Source: Ignavibacteriales bacterium
GTDB taxonomy: Bacteria; Bacteroidota; Ignavibacteria; UBA10030
NCBI GenBank assembly: GCA_037446575.1
Contig: JBBIII010000005.1
Location: 13,033 to 77,032, forward strand
DNA: 64,000 nucleotides
Reading direction: 5' to 3'
Position numbers and translations under genes: made by a program. Below are positions 1-8,846 of this stretch, in pieces (position 1 is the stretch's first letter; every line of letters begins with the position of its first letter). The notes under the pieces were generated by a model. That model was not told the origin of the DNA and searched no databases. It was given only the letters and a program-made list of their open reading frames with translations.

Positions 1-395
1 AAATAATCTGTATGGTACAATCCCATATAACCAATAATCAGCATTGCACCCAATGCTCCATAGAAACGGGATTTTGTGAAATGATACGTAATAAACGCGG
101 CAATAGCAGATGAAATAAGAATGCCTATAATTGATAATAACCTGCCGCCAATAATTGTATCGCCAAGAATACGTCCCATAATTCCGACTAAGTAAAATGC
201 AATAGGCGGATAATTATTTTGTATCAAGTCTTCTTTTGGCTGATAAATTTGTTTTCCGCTTATAGCCATATCTGCAAAATATGCGTTCCAACCTTCGTTA
301 TAATCTATAAACACAAATTTATCCAACCTAACAATAGGTTGTATGCAACATAACACAGTAACAATACTTAATACTATCAGAATATTCTTTTTCAT
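1..395 (-). CDS. Partial membrane protein running off the window start. Only the N-terminus is visible, and it looks like a GT-C-fold (ArnT/PMT-like) glycosyltransferase.
   Basis: Reverse-complement translation from the ATG at 395..393 gives MKKNILIVLSIVTVLCCIQPIVRLDKFVFIDYNEGWNAYFADMAISGKQIYQ...: a TM helix followed by a DxxE/aromatic loop resembling the first periplasmic loop of GT39/GT83 enzymes. There is no stop codon before position 1. It is not in the supplied ORF track; I translated it by hand. Confidence 0.35.
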   Translation of the reverse strand, partial: MKKNILIVLSIVTVLCCIQPIVRLDKFVFIDYNEGWNAYFADMAISGKQIYQPKEDLIQNNYPPIAFYLVGIMGRILGDTIIGGRLLSIIGILISSAIAAFITYHFTKSRFYGALGAMLIIGYMGLYHTDY

Positions 396-609
396 AAAAC
401 TCAATTATAATACATACCAACTTTTTGATTTGCAGAGATACTGAGACAATTTAACGAATATTTTAAGTTTATTGTAACATTTTTGGAATATCAGACTCAA
501 TCTGGTATTTTGAGAAAATTCACAAATTTAATTTTACAACTACTTTTTCTGCAACTTCTTTATATCTTTTAGTGTTTAATGGTTGTAAAATTACGACTAA
601 TAAAGAAAA

Positions 610-1611
610 TTGCAAATGGGAAAACAACTAATAGATCAATTGAATATTTCTTCAGAAATATTATTGAAATGGTACGATGAAATGCTTCTTATTCGTCGAT
701 TTGAAGAGAAGTGCGCTCAACTTTATGGGATGGGCAAAATTGGCGGATTCTGTCATCTCTATAACGGACAAGAGGCTGTATCCACAGGAGCAATATCTGC
801 AATTACACAAAGCGACTATGTTATTACAGCATACCGAGATCATGGATTGGCAATATCCAAAGGATTAGACCCGCGTAAAATACTGGCAGAGCTTTTAGGA
901 AAAGCCACAGGGACAACAAAGGGGAAAGGGGGTTCGATGCACCTTTTTGACAAGGAGAAAAATTTTTTGGGAGGTCATGCAATTGTTGGTGGACATATAC
1001 CAATTGCGGCTGGTGCAGCATTTGCAAGTAAATACAGAGATGAAAAACGAGTTTGTTTATGTTTTTTAGGCGATGGAGCTACGAATATCGGCGAGTTTCA
1101 CGAAGCGTTAAATCTTGCCGCTCTTTGGAAACTTCCTGTAATATATATAATTGAAAATAATAGATACGGAATGGGAACTGCTGTTGAACGAGCTTCTGCG
1201 GTCGATACGCTACACCTGAAAGCCGCCGCTTATGATATGCGAAACGAAGTTGTTGAAGAGGGATATGATGTTCTAAAAGTATATAAATCTGTTAAATCGG
1301 CTGTAGAGCACGCTCGTAACACTTATGAACCCAGTCTTCTCGAAGTTCAAACCTTTCGTTATCGCGGACACTCAATGTCCGATCCAATTCACGGTCACTA
1401 CAGAACTAAAGAGGAGGTGGAAGCACAGAAAAAATTAGATCCTTTGGTTGTATTTTCAGACGTTTTAAAGGAATTGAATTATGCAAATGATGAGTATTTA
1501 GAAACTGCTGAAAAAAGAATTAAAAATATTGTTGAAGAATGCGTTCAATTTGCAGAAAATAGTCCTATACCTCCTATCGAAGATTTATATACAGATGTTT
1601 ATGCAGATTAA
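610..1611 (+). CDS. pdhA: Pyruvate (2-oxoacid) dehydrogenase E1 component, alpha subunit; TPP-dependent.
   Basis: 333 aa with the TPP-binding motif GDGA(T)N...ENN and YRxHG(HS)MSDP, typical of heterodimeric E1 alpha. It is followed by E1 beta and E2. Confidence 0.9.
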   Translation: MQMGKQLIDQLNISSEILLKWYDEMLLIRRFEEKCAQLYGMGKIGGFCHLYNGQEAVSTGAISAITQSDYVITAYRDHGLAISKGLDPRKILAELLGKATGTTKGKGGSMHLFDKEKNFLGGHAIVGGHIPIAAGAAFASKYRDEKRVCLCFLGDGATNIGEFHEALNLAALWKLPVIYIIENNRYGMGTAVERASAVDTLHLKAAAYDMRNEVVEEGYDVLKVYKSVKSAVEHARNTYEPSLLEVQTFRYRGHSMSDPIHGHYRTKEEVEAQKKLDPLVVFSDVLKELNYANDEYLETAEKRIKNIVEECVQFAENSPIPPIEDLYTDVYAD

Positions 1612-1632
1612 TATTGATATCGGAGAATTTAT

Positions 1633-2616
1633 ATGCCTGTAGTTAGTATTCGCGAAGCATTAAATCAAGCAATGGATGAAGAGATGGCACGCGATGAGAG
1701 TGTCTTCCTGATGGGTGAAGAAGTTGCGCAATACAATGGCGCTTACAAGGTAAGTCAGGGTTTGTTGGCAAAATATGGACCTAAAAGAATTATTGATACG
1801 CCAATAGCAGAAGCCGGGTTTGCCGGAATCGGAATTGGTGCGGCAATGGTTGGATTACGCCCTATAGTGGAATTTATGACATGGAATTTTTCGCTTGTAG
1901 CTTATGATCAAATTGTAAATCACGCCGCTAAAATGTTCTCAATGTCTGGCGGACATTTTAATGTGCCGATTGTATTCCGAGGGCCTGGTGGAGCCGCACA
2001 CAACTTAGCCGCTACACACTCTCAAGCTCTCGAATCTATTTATGCACATATTCCCGGATTAAAAGTTGTAATGCCTTCAACACCAAAAGATGCCAAGGGA
2101 TTGTTAAAAACTTCTATCAGAGACAACAATCCAATTATTTTCATCGAAAGTGAAGTGATGTATGGAGAAAAAGGCGAGATTCCGGAAGGTGAATATACAA
2201 TTCCGCTTGGTGTTGGTGAAATACTTCAGGAAGGTACAGATGTTACAATTGTTTCTTGGTCAAAAATATTGAGACACATAACAATTAAAGCTGTTCACCG
2301 GCTTGCAGAAGAAGGAATTAGCGTTGAATTGATAGACCCGCGCACAATAAAACCGATGGATTGGAATTTGATTTTTAATTCTGTAAATAAGACAAATCGT
2401 TTAGTTATTGTTGAAGAAGGTTGGCCTTTTGCAGGAGTCGGCGCACAAATTTCTCATGAAGTCAGCAACAACTGTTTTGATTATTTAGATGCACCTGTAG
2501 AACGAGTTACACAGGAAGATGTCCCTCTCCCCTACGCCCATAATTTGGAAGTAGCATCACTGCCAAATATTCAAAAGGTTATTAGAGCTGTTCGAAAAGT
2601 AATGTATCTTGATTAA
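1633..2616 (+). CDS. pdhB: Pyruvate (2-oxoacid) dehydrogenase E1 component, beta subunit.
   Basis: 327 aa with a transketolase-like pyrimidine-binding domain (GEEV..YNGAYKV..GL..KYG..R..DTPI.E). It is co-oriented with E1 alpha, 21 nt downstream. Confidence 0.9.
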   Translation: MPVVSIREALNQAMDEEMARDESVFLMGEEVAQYNGAYKVSQGLLAKYGPKRIIDTPIAEAGFAGIGIGAAMVGLRPIVEFMTWNFSLVAYDQIVNHAAKMFSMSGGHFNVPIVFRGPGGAAHNLAATHSQALESIYAHIPGLKVVMPSTPKDAKGLLKTSIRDNNPIIFIESEVMYGEKGEIPEGEYTIPLGVGEILQEGTDVTIVSWSKILRHITIKAVHRLAEEGISVELIDPRTIKPMDWNLIFNSVNKTNRLVIVEEGWPFAGVGAQISHEVSNNCFDYLDAPVERVTQEDVPLPYAHNLEVASLPNIQKVIRAVRKVMYLD

Positions 2617-2634
2617 GATAAAACGAGGAAATTT

Positions 2635-3849
2635 ATGGCTACAAAAATTTTAATGCCTAAGTTAAGCGATACAATGACAGAGGGTGTAATCCTTAAATGG
2701 ATTAAGAAAGAAGGAGAAAAAGTTAAACAAGGCGAAATACTTGTCGAGATAGAATCTGATAAAGCGGATATGGAATTAGAAGCTTATGACTCGGGTATAT
2801 TACGCAAAATTATTGTCCCCGAAGGGGGTAAAGCTGTCATTGGCGCGCCAATTGCTATTATTGCAGATGCGGTTGAAGATATATCTGTTTTATTAAGCGA
2901 TACTTCACAACCTGTCAATACTAAGATGAAAGTTGAATCAACAGTTGTTGATGAGAAAAATATTACCGAACAATCAAGTTCAACGCAAACATTTGCTGGA
3001 CGAATAAAAGCTTCTCCTTTAGTAAAAAAATTAGCTTCAGAAAATAAAATCGAATTGCGCACAATTTCCGGCAGTGGCACGCAAAATAGAATAATCAAAC
3101 GTGATATAGAACCATTATTAAAAGATAAAAAACTGCTTTCGACTAAACCTGCTACTCCAATTATTCCAGGCGAACATAAAGATATAGAGCTTTCATTAAT
3201 TCGTAAAACTATCGCGAAACGAATGACAGAAAGCAAGCAAACAGTTCCGCATTTCTATGTAACTGTAGAAATTGACATGGAACCAGCAATGGAATTTAGG
3301 CAACAACTAAATAATGCCACCAATCTTAAAATCAGTTACACCGATATTATCATCAAGGCATCAGCAGGAGCATTGTTAAAGCACCCAAATATTAATGCCA
3401 CCTATATTGGCAATGCAATGCGTCAGTTTGGAGATGCTCATATAGCTGTTGCAGTAGCATTAGATGACGGATTAGTAACGCCAGTAATTAGGAATTGCGA
3501 ACAAAAAAATATTCCGCAGATAAATTCTGAATTGCGTGACCTTGTAGAACGAGCAAGAAATAGAAAACTGAAGCCAGAAGAATATCAAGGCGCTACATTT
3601 ACGATAAGTAATTTAGGCATGTTCGGTGTTGAAGATTTCGTTGCAATCGTAAATCCACCCGAAGGAGCAATTCTTGCTATCGGCGCAATTATAGAAAAAC
3701 CGGTTGTCCGAGAAAACCAAATTGTTATCGGACACACAATGAAAGTAACGCTCTCATCAGATCATAGAATTATTGATGGAGCAGTGGCCGCCCGCTTCTT
3801 ACAAGATTTTAAACTGATGATGGAAAATCCGGTTGGATTGTTGCTATAA
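2635..3849 (+). CDS. Dihydrolipoamide acyltransferase (E2) of a 2-oxoacid dehydrogenase complex.
   Basis: N-terminal lipoyl domain (IESDKADMELEA), a peripheral subunit-binding domain, and a C-terminal catalytic domain with the DHRIIDGA motif. Confidence 0.85.
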   Translation: MATKILMPKLSDTMTEGVILKWIKKEGEKVKQGEILVEIESDKADMELEAYDSGILRKIIVPEGGKAVIGAPIAIIADAVEDISVLLSDTSQPVNTKMKVESTVVDEKNITEQSSSTQTFAGRIKASPLVKKLASENKIELRTISGSGTQNRIIKRDIEPLLKDKKLLSTKPATPIIPGEHKDIELSLIRKTIAKRMTESKQTVPHFYVTVEIDMEPAMEFRQQLNNATNLKISYTDIIIKASAGALLKHPNINATYIGNAMRQFGDAHIAVAVALDDGLVTPVIRNCEQKNIPQINSELRDLVERARNRKLKPEEYQGATFTISNLGMFGVEDFVAIVNPPEGAILAIGAIIEKPVVRENQIVIGHTMKVTLSSDHRIIDGAVAARFLQDFKLMMENPVGLLL

Positions 3850-3854
3850 TATTT

Positions 3855-4931
3855 TTAGTAAAAGTCCGTTGAAAGACGGAATCGAAATATTTTATTTTCT
3901 TTAGAATCTGCAACATATAAGGTTCGATTAAAGAACGCAACCCCTGATGGTCGTTTCATTCTGCCAAACGTCTTCCAATATCCAAAAGACTCGCTTTTTA
4001 ATCTTCCTCGACTGTCAAATTTAAAAATACTATCTTGTGAAGCATCTGCAATAAAAATATCTCCCCTCCTACCATCAATCACTACACCGCTTGGATTAAC
4101 AAATCTATTTGGTTGGATAAAATCAACAAACCGTTGTTCTGGTTTTGCTGGATCATATTTTGGGAGCCAACCGTCAAAATCTGGTGTTAATTGATAAATT
4201 AGCCAGATTGCTCCATAAACAATGCCTTCATTTTTCTGCAACACAATAAAATCCCGAGAATTTGGCAGAGTAGATAGAGCAGTTACCTGATTTATATCAG
4301 TAATACCTGAACCCGCGCGCGTTGCCAATCCACTAAGCGGTGTGATATAACGATCGTTCGCATCGAAATACATAATTCGCGTATCCGGGTCGTTAAACCT
4401 TGTATTATCGGGTCCTGTTCTCGCAACAAGATATTGATTATTAGGTAGAATGCCTATTCCAACAAACCGTCTGAATAATCTAAATTCCTTATAGACGGTG
4501 TCAAGTTTTGCTTTTTCAAGCGAGTGTTCAGACGAAACAAGTTTGAGTCTAAAAACTGCACAGACCGTATCTCCATTAGCTTCTACAACTAATCCGCCAA
4601 TAAGAAGATCTAATCGTTGGTCCTGCGCAATTGAAATTGGCTGTAATATATTTCTACTCGATAATACAGCGCCGGAAATATCCATTAATACGACACGATT
4701 ATTTTTGGTGTCTGCTACATAAAGCATATAATCATTGCCGATTAGAACAGCATTCGGTTCATTAAATCCTTCAAAAGGGGGAACAATCTCAACATAAGCA
4801 GTATCACTCGAAACAACTGCCGATCTTGCGCCGGCTAATTCATCTAAAGAAAATTTTTCCGCACACCCAACGAACAGCAAACTGAAAAAAAGCAAATAAG
4901 AGATAGACCGATATAAATATTTGTAAGTCAT
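3855..4931 (-). CDS. NHL-repeat (beta-propeller) lipoprotein.
   Basis: Signal peptide ending at a lipobox-like Cys (LLFVGCAEK). Recurring YVAD.KNNRV / LYVADSKENKIFRF NHL-type blades. It is the last gene of a tight minus-strand cluster. Confidence 0.5.
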   Translation of the reverse strand: MTYKYLYRSISYLLFFSLLFVGCAEKFSLDELAGARSAVVSSDTAYVEIVPPFEGFNEPNAVLIGNDYMLYVADTKNNRVVLMDISGAVLSSRNILQPISIAQDQRLDLLIGGLVVEANGDTVCAVFRLKLVSSEHSLEKAKLDTVYKEFRLFRRFVGIGILPNNQYLVARTGPDNTRFNDPDTRIMYFDANDRYITPLSGLATRAGSGITDINQVTALSTLPNSRDFIVLQKNEGIVYGAIWLIYQLTPDFDGWLPKYDPAKPEQRFVDFIQPNRFVNPSGVVIDGRRGDIFIADASQDSIFKFDSRGRLKSESFGYWKTFGRMKRPSGVAFFNRTLYVADSKENKIFRFRLSTDFY

Positions 4932-4933
4932 TA

Positions 4934-5947
4934 TTAATACGTTAAGTTTAAAGAAATTCTGTGAACAGCGCCTAATTGATTAAAATTTGTATATGAATAA
5001 TCAAACATTGCGGTTGTTATTACAAGCGGCGTCTTTACTCCGATGCCAAACGAATAATCATCAGCTGACTTTCGATCTTTTCCAAAAAATGGTTCGCCTA
5101 TTGTTCGCTTAACTCCAGCTCGAAGCATCAACCATTCGTTCCATGCGTATTCGCATCCAAATCTCATATTCTCAGCGTTATCATTTGGATGGTTTAATTG
5201 AAAAGAAGTTGTAACTCTTTGTACATCGTCTCTGAACGGTTCAAATGCCAACCCAACTTTGAAGACAGTCGGCGGCGAAAAAGATTGAAACGAATTAATA
5301 CTAGAACCATCGAAAGTCACAATATTTCCTTCCGGCCTGACATCTGAACCAAAATTTGTAATGACGACACCGATACGGAGCGACCCAATGCCTAACGTAT
5401 AATAAGTTCCTAAATCAAATAACATGGTTTTAATTTTCAGGACATCAAGATTTTCTTGCACATAGCGGATAGTTGCGCCAAAACTAAATTGACTTGTCAT
5501 CTTTCTTGCATAACTAATACCAATAGCCAAATCGCTATAGCGAAAATAAGCGCCTGTCCCTTTAGGTTGTATTTCAGTCGTTATAGGCATATCATCTGTT
5601 GCAAGTGAGATGAGTGATAGACCAACGACATCAGCATCTGATAAATTATAAGTTGCGCCGACAAAATCGTGTTTTAATTCCACTAACCATTCTGCATGCG
5701 CTATCATAATTTCATTTTGCCCTGATAAGACTAAGCCAGCAGGATTCCAAAACAAAGCCGAGACATCATTTGCAACTGCAACCATTGCTTCGCCCATAGC
5801 GGTTCCTCGCGCCCCTACGCCTATTTTCATAAATTGAAGACTCGATATGCCTACACGCTGACCGCCAAGGTCTGGTATCATTTGAGCGCTTGAGGAAGAC
5901 CAAATTACAGTTATTATAAATAAAATTTTTAAGATAATATTTCGCAT
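4934..5947 (-). CDS. Outer-membrane beta-barrel of the FadL-like PorV/UPF0164 family (candidate T9SS shuttle protein).
   Basis: Signal peptide, then the N-terminal motif GVGARGTAMGEAMVAVANDVSALFWNPAGL, which is shared with the paralog at 33632..35122. The C-terminus is aromatic (..LNLTY), consistent with a beta-barrel. Only 2-nt gap to the next gene. Confidence 0.5.
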   Translation of the reverse strand: MRNIILKILFIITVIWSSSSAQMIPDLGGQRVGISSLQFMKIGVGARGTAMGEAMVAVANDVSALFWNPAGLVLSGQNEIMIAHAEWLVELKHDFVGATYNLSDADVVGLSLISLATDDMPITTEIQPKGTGAYFRYSDLAIGISYARKMTSQFSFGATIRYVQENLDVLKIKTMLFDLGTYYTLGIGSLRIGVVITNFGSDVRPEGNIVTFDGSSINSFQSFSPPTVFKVGLAFEPFRDDVQRVTTSFQLNHPNDNAENMRFGCEYAWNEWLMLRAGVKRTIGEPFFGKDRKSADDYSFGIGVKTPLVITTAMFDYSYTNFNQLGAVHRISLNLTY

Positions 5948-5962
5948 TAAATACTTCTCATA

Positions 5963-8836
5963 TTAAAATCGTATCGACAATCCCATTCTAATATTACGCG
6001 GCTCCGCATATCTAGCGGGATTGTAAGGATACGGATCTACAGGAGCCGTCAAATCTGGATAATGAGGATCATTCCAGCTATTTGGGGTTGGCGTTGGTTT
6101 GCCATCTGAAGTCTTATATTCATAAGCATCCCCAGTTACTGGATTAACAATTTGGACATTCTTACGGTCTAAAACATTTTGAATTTCAATAGACAGAACA
6201 ACTTTAGCAAAAGATAAATCAATATATTTTTCAATATTAATATCTAACTTATAAACATCTTTTGCAGTCTTCCCGAAAATATTACTGAGGTCTGCTTGAT
6301 AATACGGACGGCCTGTGCCTGTTTCATATCCAATCAATTTTTGCGGGGTGTAGCGCCGACCAGTTTGATAGAATAAACGAGAATAAATATTTATATCATC
6401 AAGCACTCCAGAGCCGAATCCGAACAGAGGTTTTCCTTTGTTAATTTTTAGATTTAAAACTAAAGAGGCTTGAACCGGTCTATCCCACACAAGATAATTT
6501 TCTCTAACATTTTCTTCCAAGCCCTGCTGGATATTAAAAGCCGCTTCCGTTGCCGAAGAACTTTTTCCTGTGCTGATAGAATAAGAAGCAGAAGCCGCTA
6601 ATCGAAACCAATCTGAGTAACGCTTTTTATATTCTACTTCAATTCCACGTGAACGAGCATAATCAAGATTGATATATGTTGTATAAGAACCAGATGAAAA
6701 TCTAGTTTGCTGAGCGCGAATTGTCCGCGCTGTGATGTAATCAAATATATCTTTGTAGTAAGCAGTGATACTGAGAACATCGTTTTCGGTAAGTTGGTTG
6801 CGTAATCCCAATTCGTATGCGACTGTAGTTTCCGGATTTAAATTTGGATTTCCTATCAATGTTGAACGAGCGTTGCCGCGCAATAATTTTGAATATACAT
6901 ATTGTGGACGCGGAAATTTAGAGAAATGTCCGTATGAAAAGAACAGTGTCTGATTATCTGAAACTGGATGAGCTATTGCAAGACGCGGACTAAGACGACC
7001 TTTCCAGCGCAGTCCGAACATTTTATAAGTATCACTAAGATATTGTTGTCGGATTGTTGGGCTTACAAGACTTTCAGCGTCATTTTGAACTGCGTCATCT
7101 ACATATTTACCTGGGAACCAATAATCGAATCGTAATCCAAAATTCAGTATCATTCCCCCCATAGATAGATTATCTTGAGCGTAAATTGCGCCAAGGGCAG
7201 GTTTTACTTTATAAATATCATTATTCAACCCTAGTGGTCTAACCCAAGGACTTATAATATCAACCATTTGAATATCTTGAAATCTCGTTTCAATTCCTGC
7301 CTTGAATTTATTATTCTCGTTAAAATTGCTCGTCAGATCAAATTTTAGCGTGTATTCTTGAATAAAGTGGTCCCTCCAAACGGATGGACTTCCTATATCG
7401 TAGAAACCATCACCAGGAATTACTCCGACTGTGTCTCTTTCTTTATTATAGTACACTATGGGATAAGTAACAATATCTTCAGGTTTCAAATATTTATCCC
7501 AATATTTTCCGTTTGCGTCGCCACGAACGTGTGCGTTGTATCTGCTAAACCGTAGTTCGTAAAAAGTTTTCGCCCCTATTGTATGCGTGAATACAAAAGA
7601 GTGCTGAATATTAATTTGAGTAAATGTATTTGCGCTATCCGGTATCTGTTGAAAAAGAAATTGATAACCTGGTAAAGGTTCTTGTCTTTCGAGCGTAGTT
7701 TGTATTGTTTGAGTGTTTTGATTTATCGTAGTTGAATATGATAAAGTATAAGATAATTTAACTGTTGGCGTTATCTTCCAAGTCAATTTTGAAAGTGATG
7801 CCCAATTATTACTTCGTCGAGGCGAAAAGAAAGAATTATTAATGATTGAAGATTTTAAACCTCCGGGAGCTTTTAGTATATAACCAACCGGTTCGCCATA
7901 GATATTAACATTTTCTACCCATCTAGTATAACCATCCGTCAAATTTACGTTTAAATTTGTGAATAATGTCAATTTACCAGGGAAATCAATTTCTAATAAA
8001 GGTAAAATATAATTTGTGATTGGTTCTGGCCCGCTTAACGAAAATTCATATATATCCGTATTAAAATTTGATCTGCTATTGTCATTAAAAATTAAATGAT
8101 CACGTTTTGTAGAAATTGTGCCGGAATATTTCTCGCTTCCTTCTTTTGTAGTAAAACTTACCACACCTGATGTCGCCTGTCCATATTCTGCATTGTAGCC
8201 GCCTGTAATGACTTCTACTTCCTGAATTGCGCCTGGTGGTAATTGCATCCCAAATCCCGTCCCTGCTAATGGATCCTGTACAGAAACGCCATCTATTAAA
8301 TATGCGGCTTCATAACTTCTACCGCCGCGAATATGAATTTGATCATCAGATTTAACGACTCCTACTTGAAGAGCAATAACATCCGCCACATTTTGAACGG
8401 CGGCGGCTTGTATATCTTCGCTTTTAACCGACCGCTTACTCGATGTCTCTTCAATATCAAATAATGGCTTTTCGCCAATTACAACGACTTCTTGACCTAA
8501 TGAGAGCGAAGTTTCCTCCATTACGATATCTAATACTGTTGTCTGATTTGCATTTATCTTAACTGCAGAATATTGTATTGCCTTATAACCCAATAGTTTA
8601 ACTTCAATTACATAAACGCCCGGATTCATTTTTTCGATTAAGTAATATCCATCAAAATCCGATGCCGCGCCGTAATATGTTCCTTTTACTATTATATTTG
8701 CGCTTGGTAATCCTTCTTTCGTAAGTTTATCAGTCGCCTTGCCTTTAAGCGATCCATAATTCTGTGATTGTCCAAAAGACAAACAGACTATTATTAGAAT
8801 TAGAAAAGCTATTTTTAAAGGTAAATTCATAATCAA
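5963..8836 (-). CDS. TonB-dependent outer-membrane receptor with an N-terminal carboxypeptidase-regulatory-like domain.
   Basis: 957 aa. Signal peptide, a CarboxypepD_reg-like fold (IIVKGTYYGAASDFDGYYLIE..PGVYVIEVKLLGYK), a plug domain (IHIRGGRSYEAAYLIDGVSVQDP...GYNAEYGQATSGVV), and a C-terminal barrel ending ..MGLSIRF (terminal aromatic residue). Confidence 0.85.
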   Translation of the reverse strand: MIMNLPLKIAFLILIIVCLSFGQSQNYGSLKGKATDKLTKEGLPSANIIVKGTYYGAASDFDGYYLIEKMNPGVYVIEVKLLGYKAIQYSAVKINANQTTVLDIVMEETSLSLGQEVVVIGEKPLFDIEETSSKRSVKSEDIQAAAVQNVADVIALQVGVVKSDDQIHIRGGRSYEAAYLIDGVSVQDPLAGTGFGMQLPPGAIQEVEVITGGYNAEYGQATSGVVSFTTKEGSEKYSGTISTKRDHLIFNDNSRSNFNTDIYEFSLSGPEPITNYILPLLEIDFPGKLTLFTNLNVNLTDGYTRWVENVNIYGEPVGYILKAPGGLKSSIINNSFFSPRRSNNWASLSKLTWKITPTVKLSYTLSYSTTINQNTQTIQTTLERQEPLPGYQFLFQQIPDSANTFTQINIQHSFVFTHTIGAKTFYELRFSRYNAHVRGDANGKYWDKYLKPEDIVTYPIVYYNKERDTVGVIPGDGFYDIGSPSVWRDHFIQEYTLKFDLTSNFNENNKFKAGIETRFQDIQMVDIISPWVRPLGLNNDIYKVKPALGAIYAQDNLSMGGMILNFGLRFDYWFPGKYVDDAVQNDAESLVSPTIRQQYLSDTYKMFGLRWKGRLSPRLAIAHPVSDNQTLFFSYGHFSKFPRPQYVYSKLLRGNARSTLIGNPNLNPETTVAYELGLRNQLTENDVLSITAYYKDIFDYITARTIRAQQTRFSSGSYTTYINLDYARSRGIEVEYKKRYSDWFRLAASASYSISTGKSSSATEAAFNIQQGLEENVRENYLVWDRPVQASLVLNLKINKGKPLFGFGSGVLDDINIYSRLFYQTGRRYTPQKLIGYETGTGRPYYQADLSNIFGKTAKDVYKLDINIEKYIDLSFAKVVLSIEIQNVLDRKNVQIVNPVTGDAYEYKTSDGKPTPTPNSWNDPHYPDLTAPVDPYPYNPARYAEPRNIRMGLSIRF

Positions 8837-8846
8837 TATTGTATTT

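Noticed and set aside
400-609. CUGAGA-containing segment upstream of pdhA, considered as a possible TPP riboswitch.
   Set aside because: Only the CUGAGA hexamer is present. The flanking GGGG/GCC stems and the ACCUGA...AGGGA pyrimidine-sensing helix of the THI element are absent, and pdh genes are not typical TPP-riboswitch targets.
2784-3236. 150-aa antisense ORF inside the E2 acyltransferase gene, and many other 60-150 aa antisense ORFs in the track (e.g. 11162..11599, 16931..17401, 22905..23246, 40607..41145).
   Set aside because: Each is fully embedded opposite a well-supported conserved gene. Translations are low-complexity and typical of AT-rich antisense frames.
3862-3878. Short hairpin (tccgt-tgaaag-acgga) just after the E2 stop, considered as a pdh operon terminator.
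   Set aside because: Only a 5-bp stem with a weak T-tract, and it lies inside the 3' end of the convergent NHL lipoprotein gene. Too weak to call.
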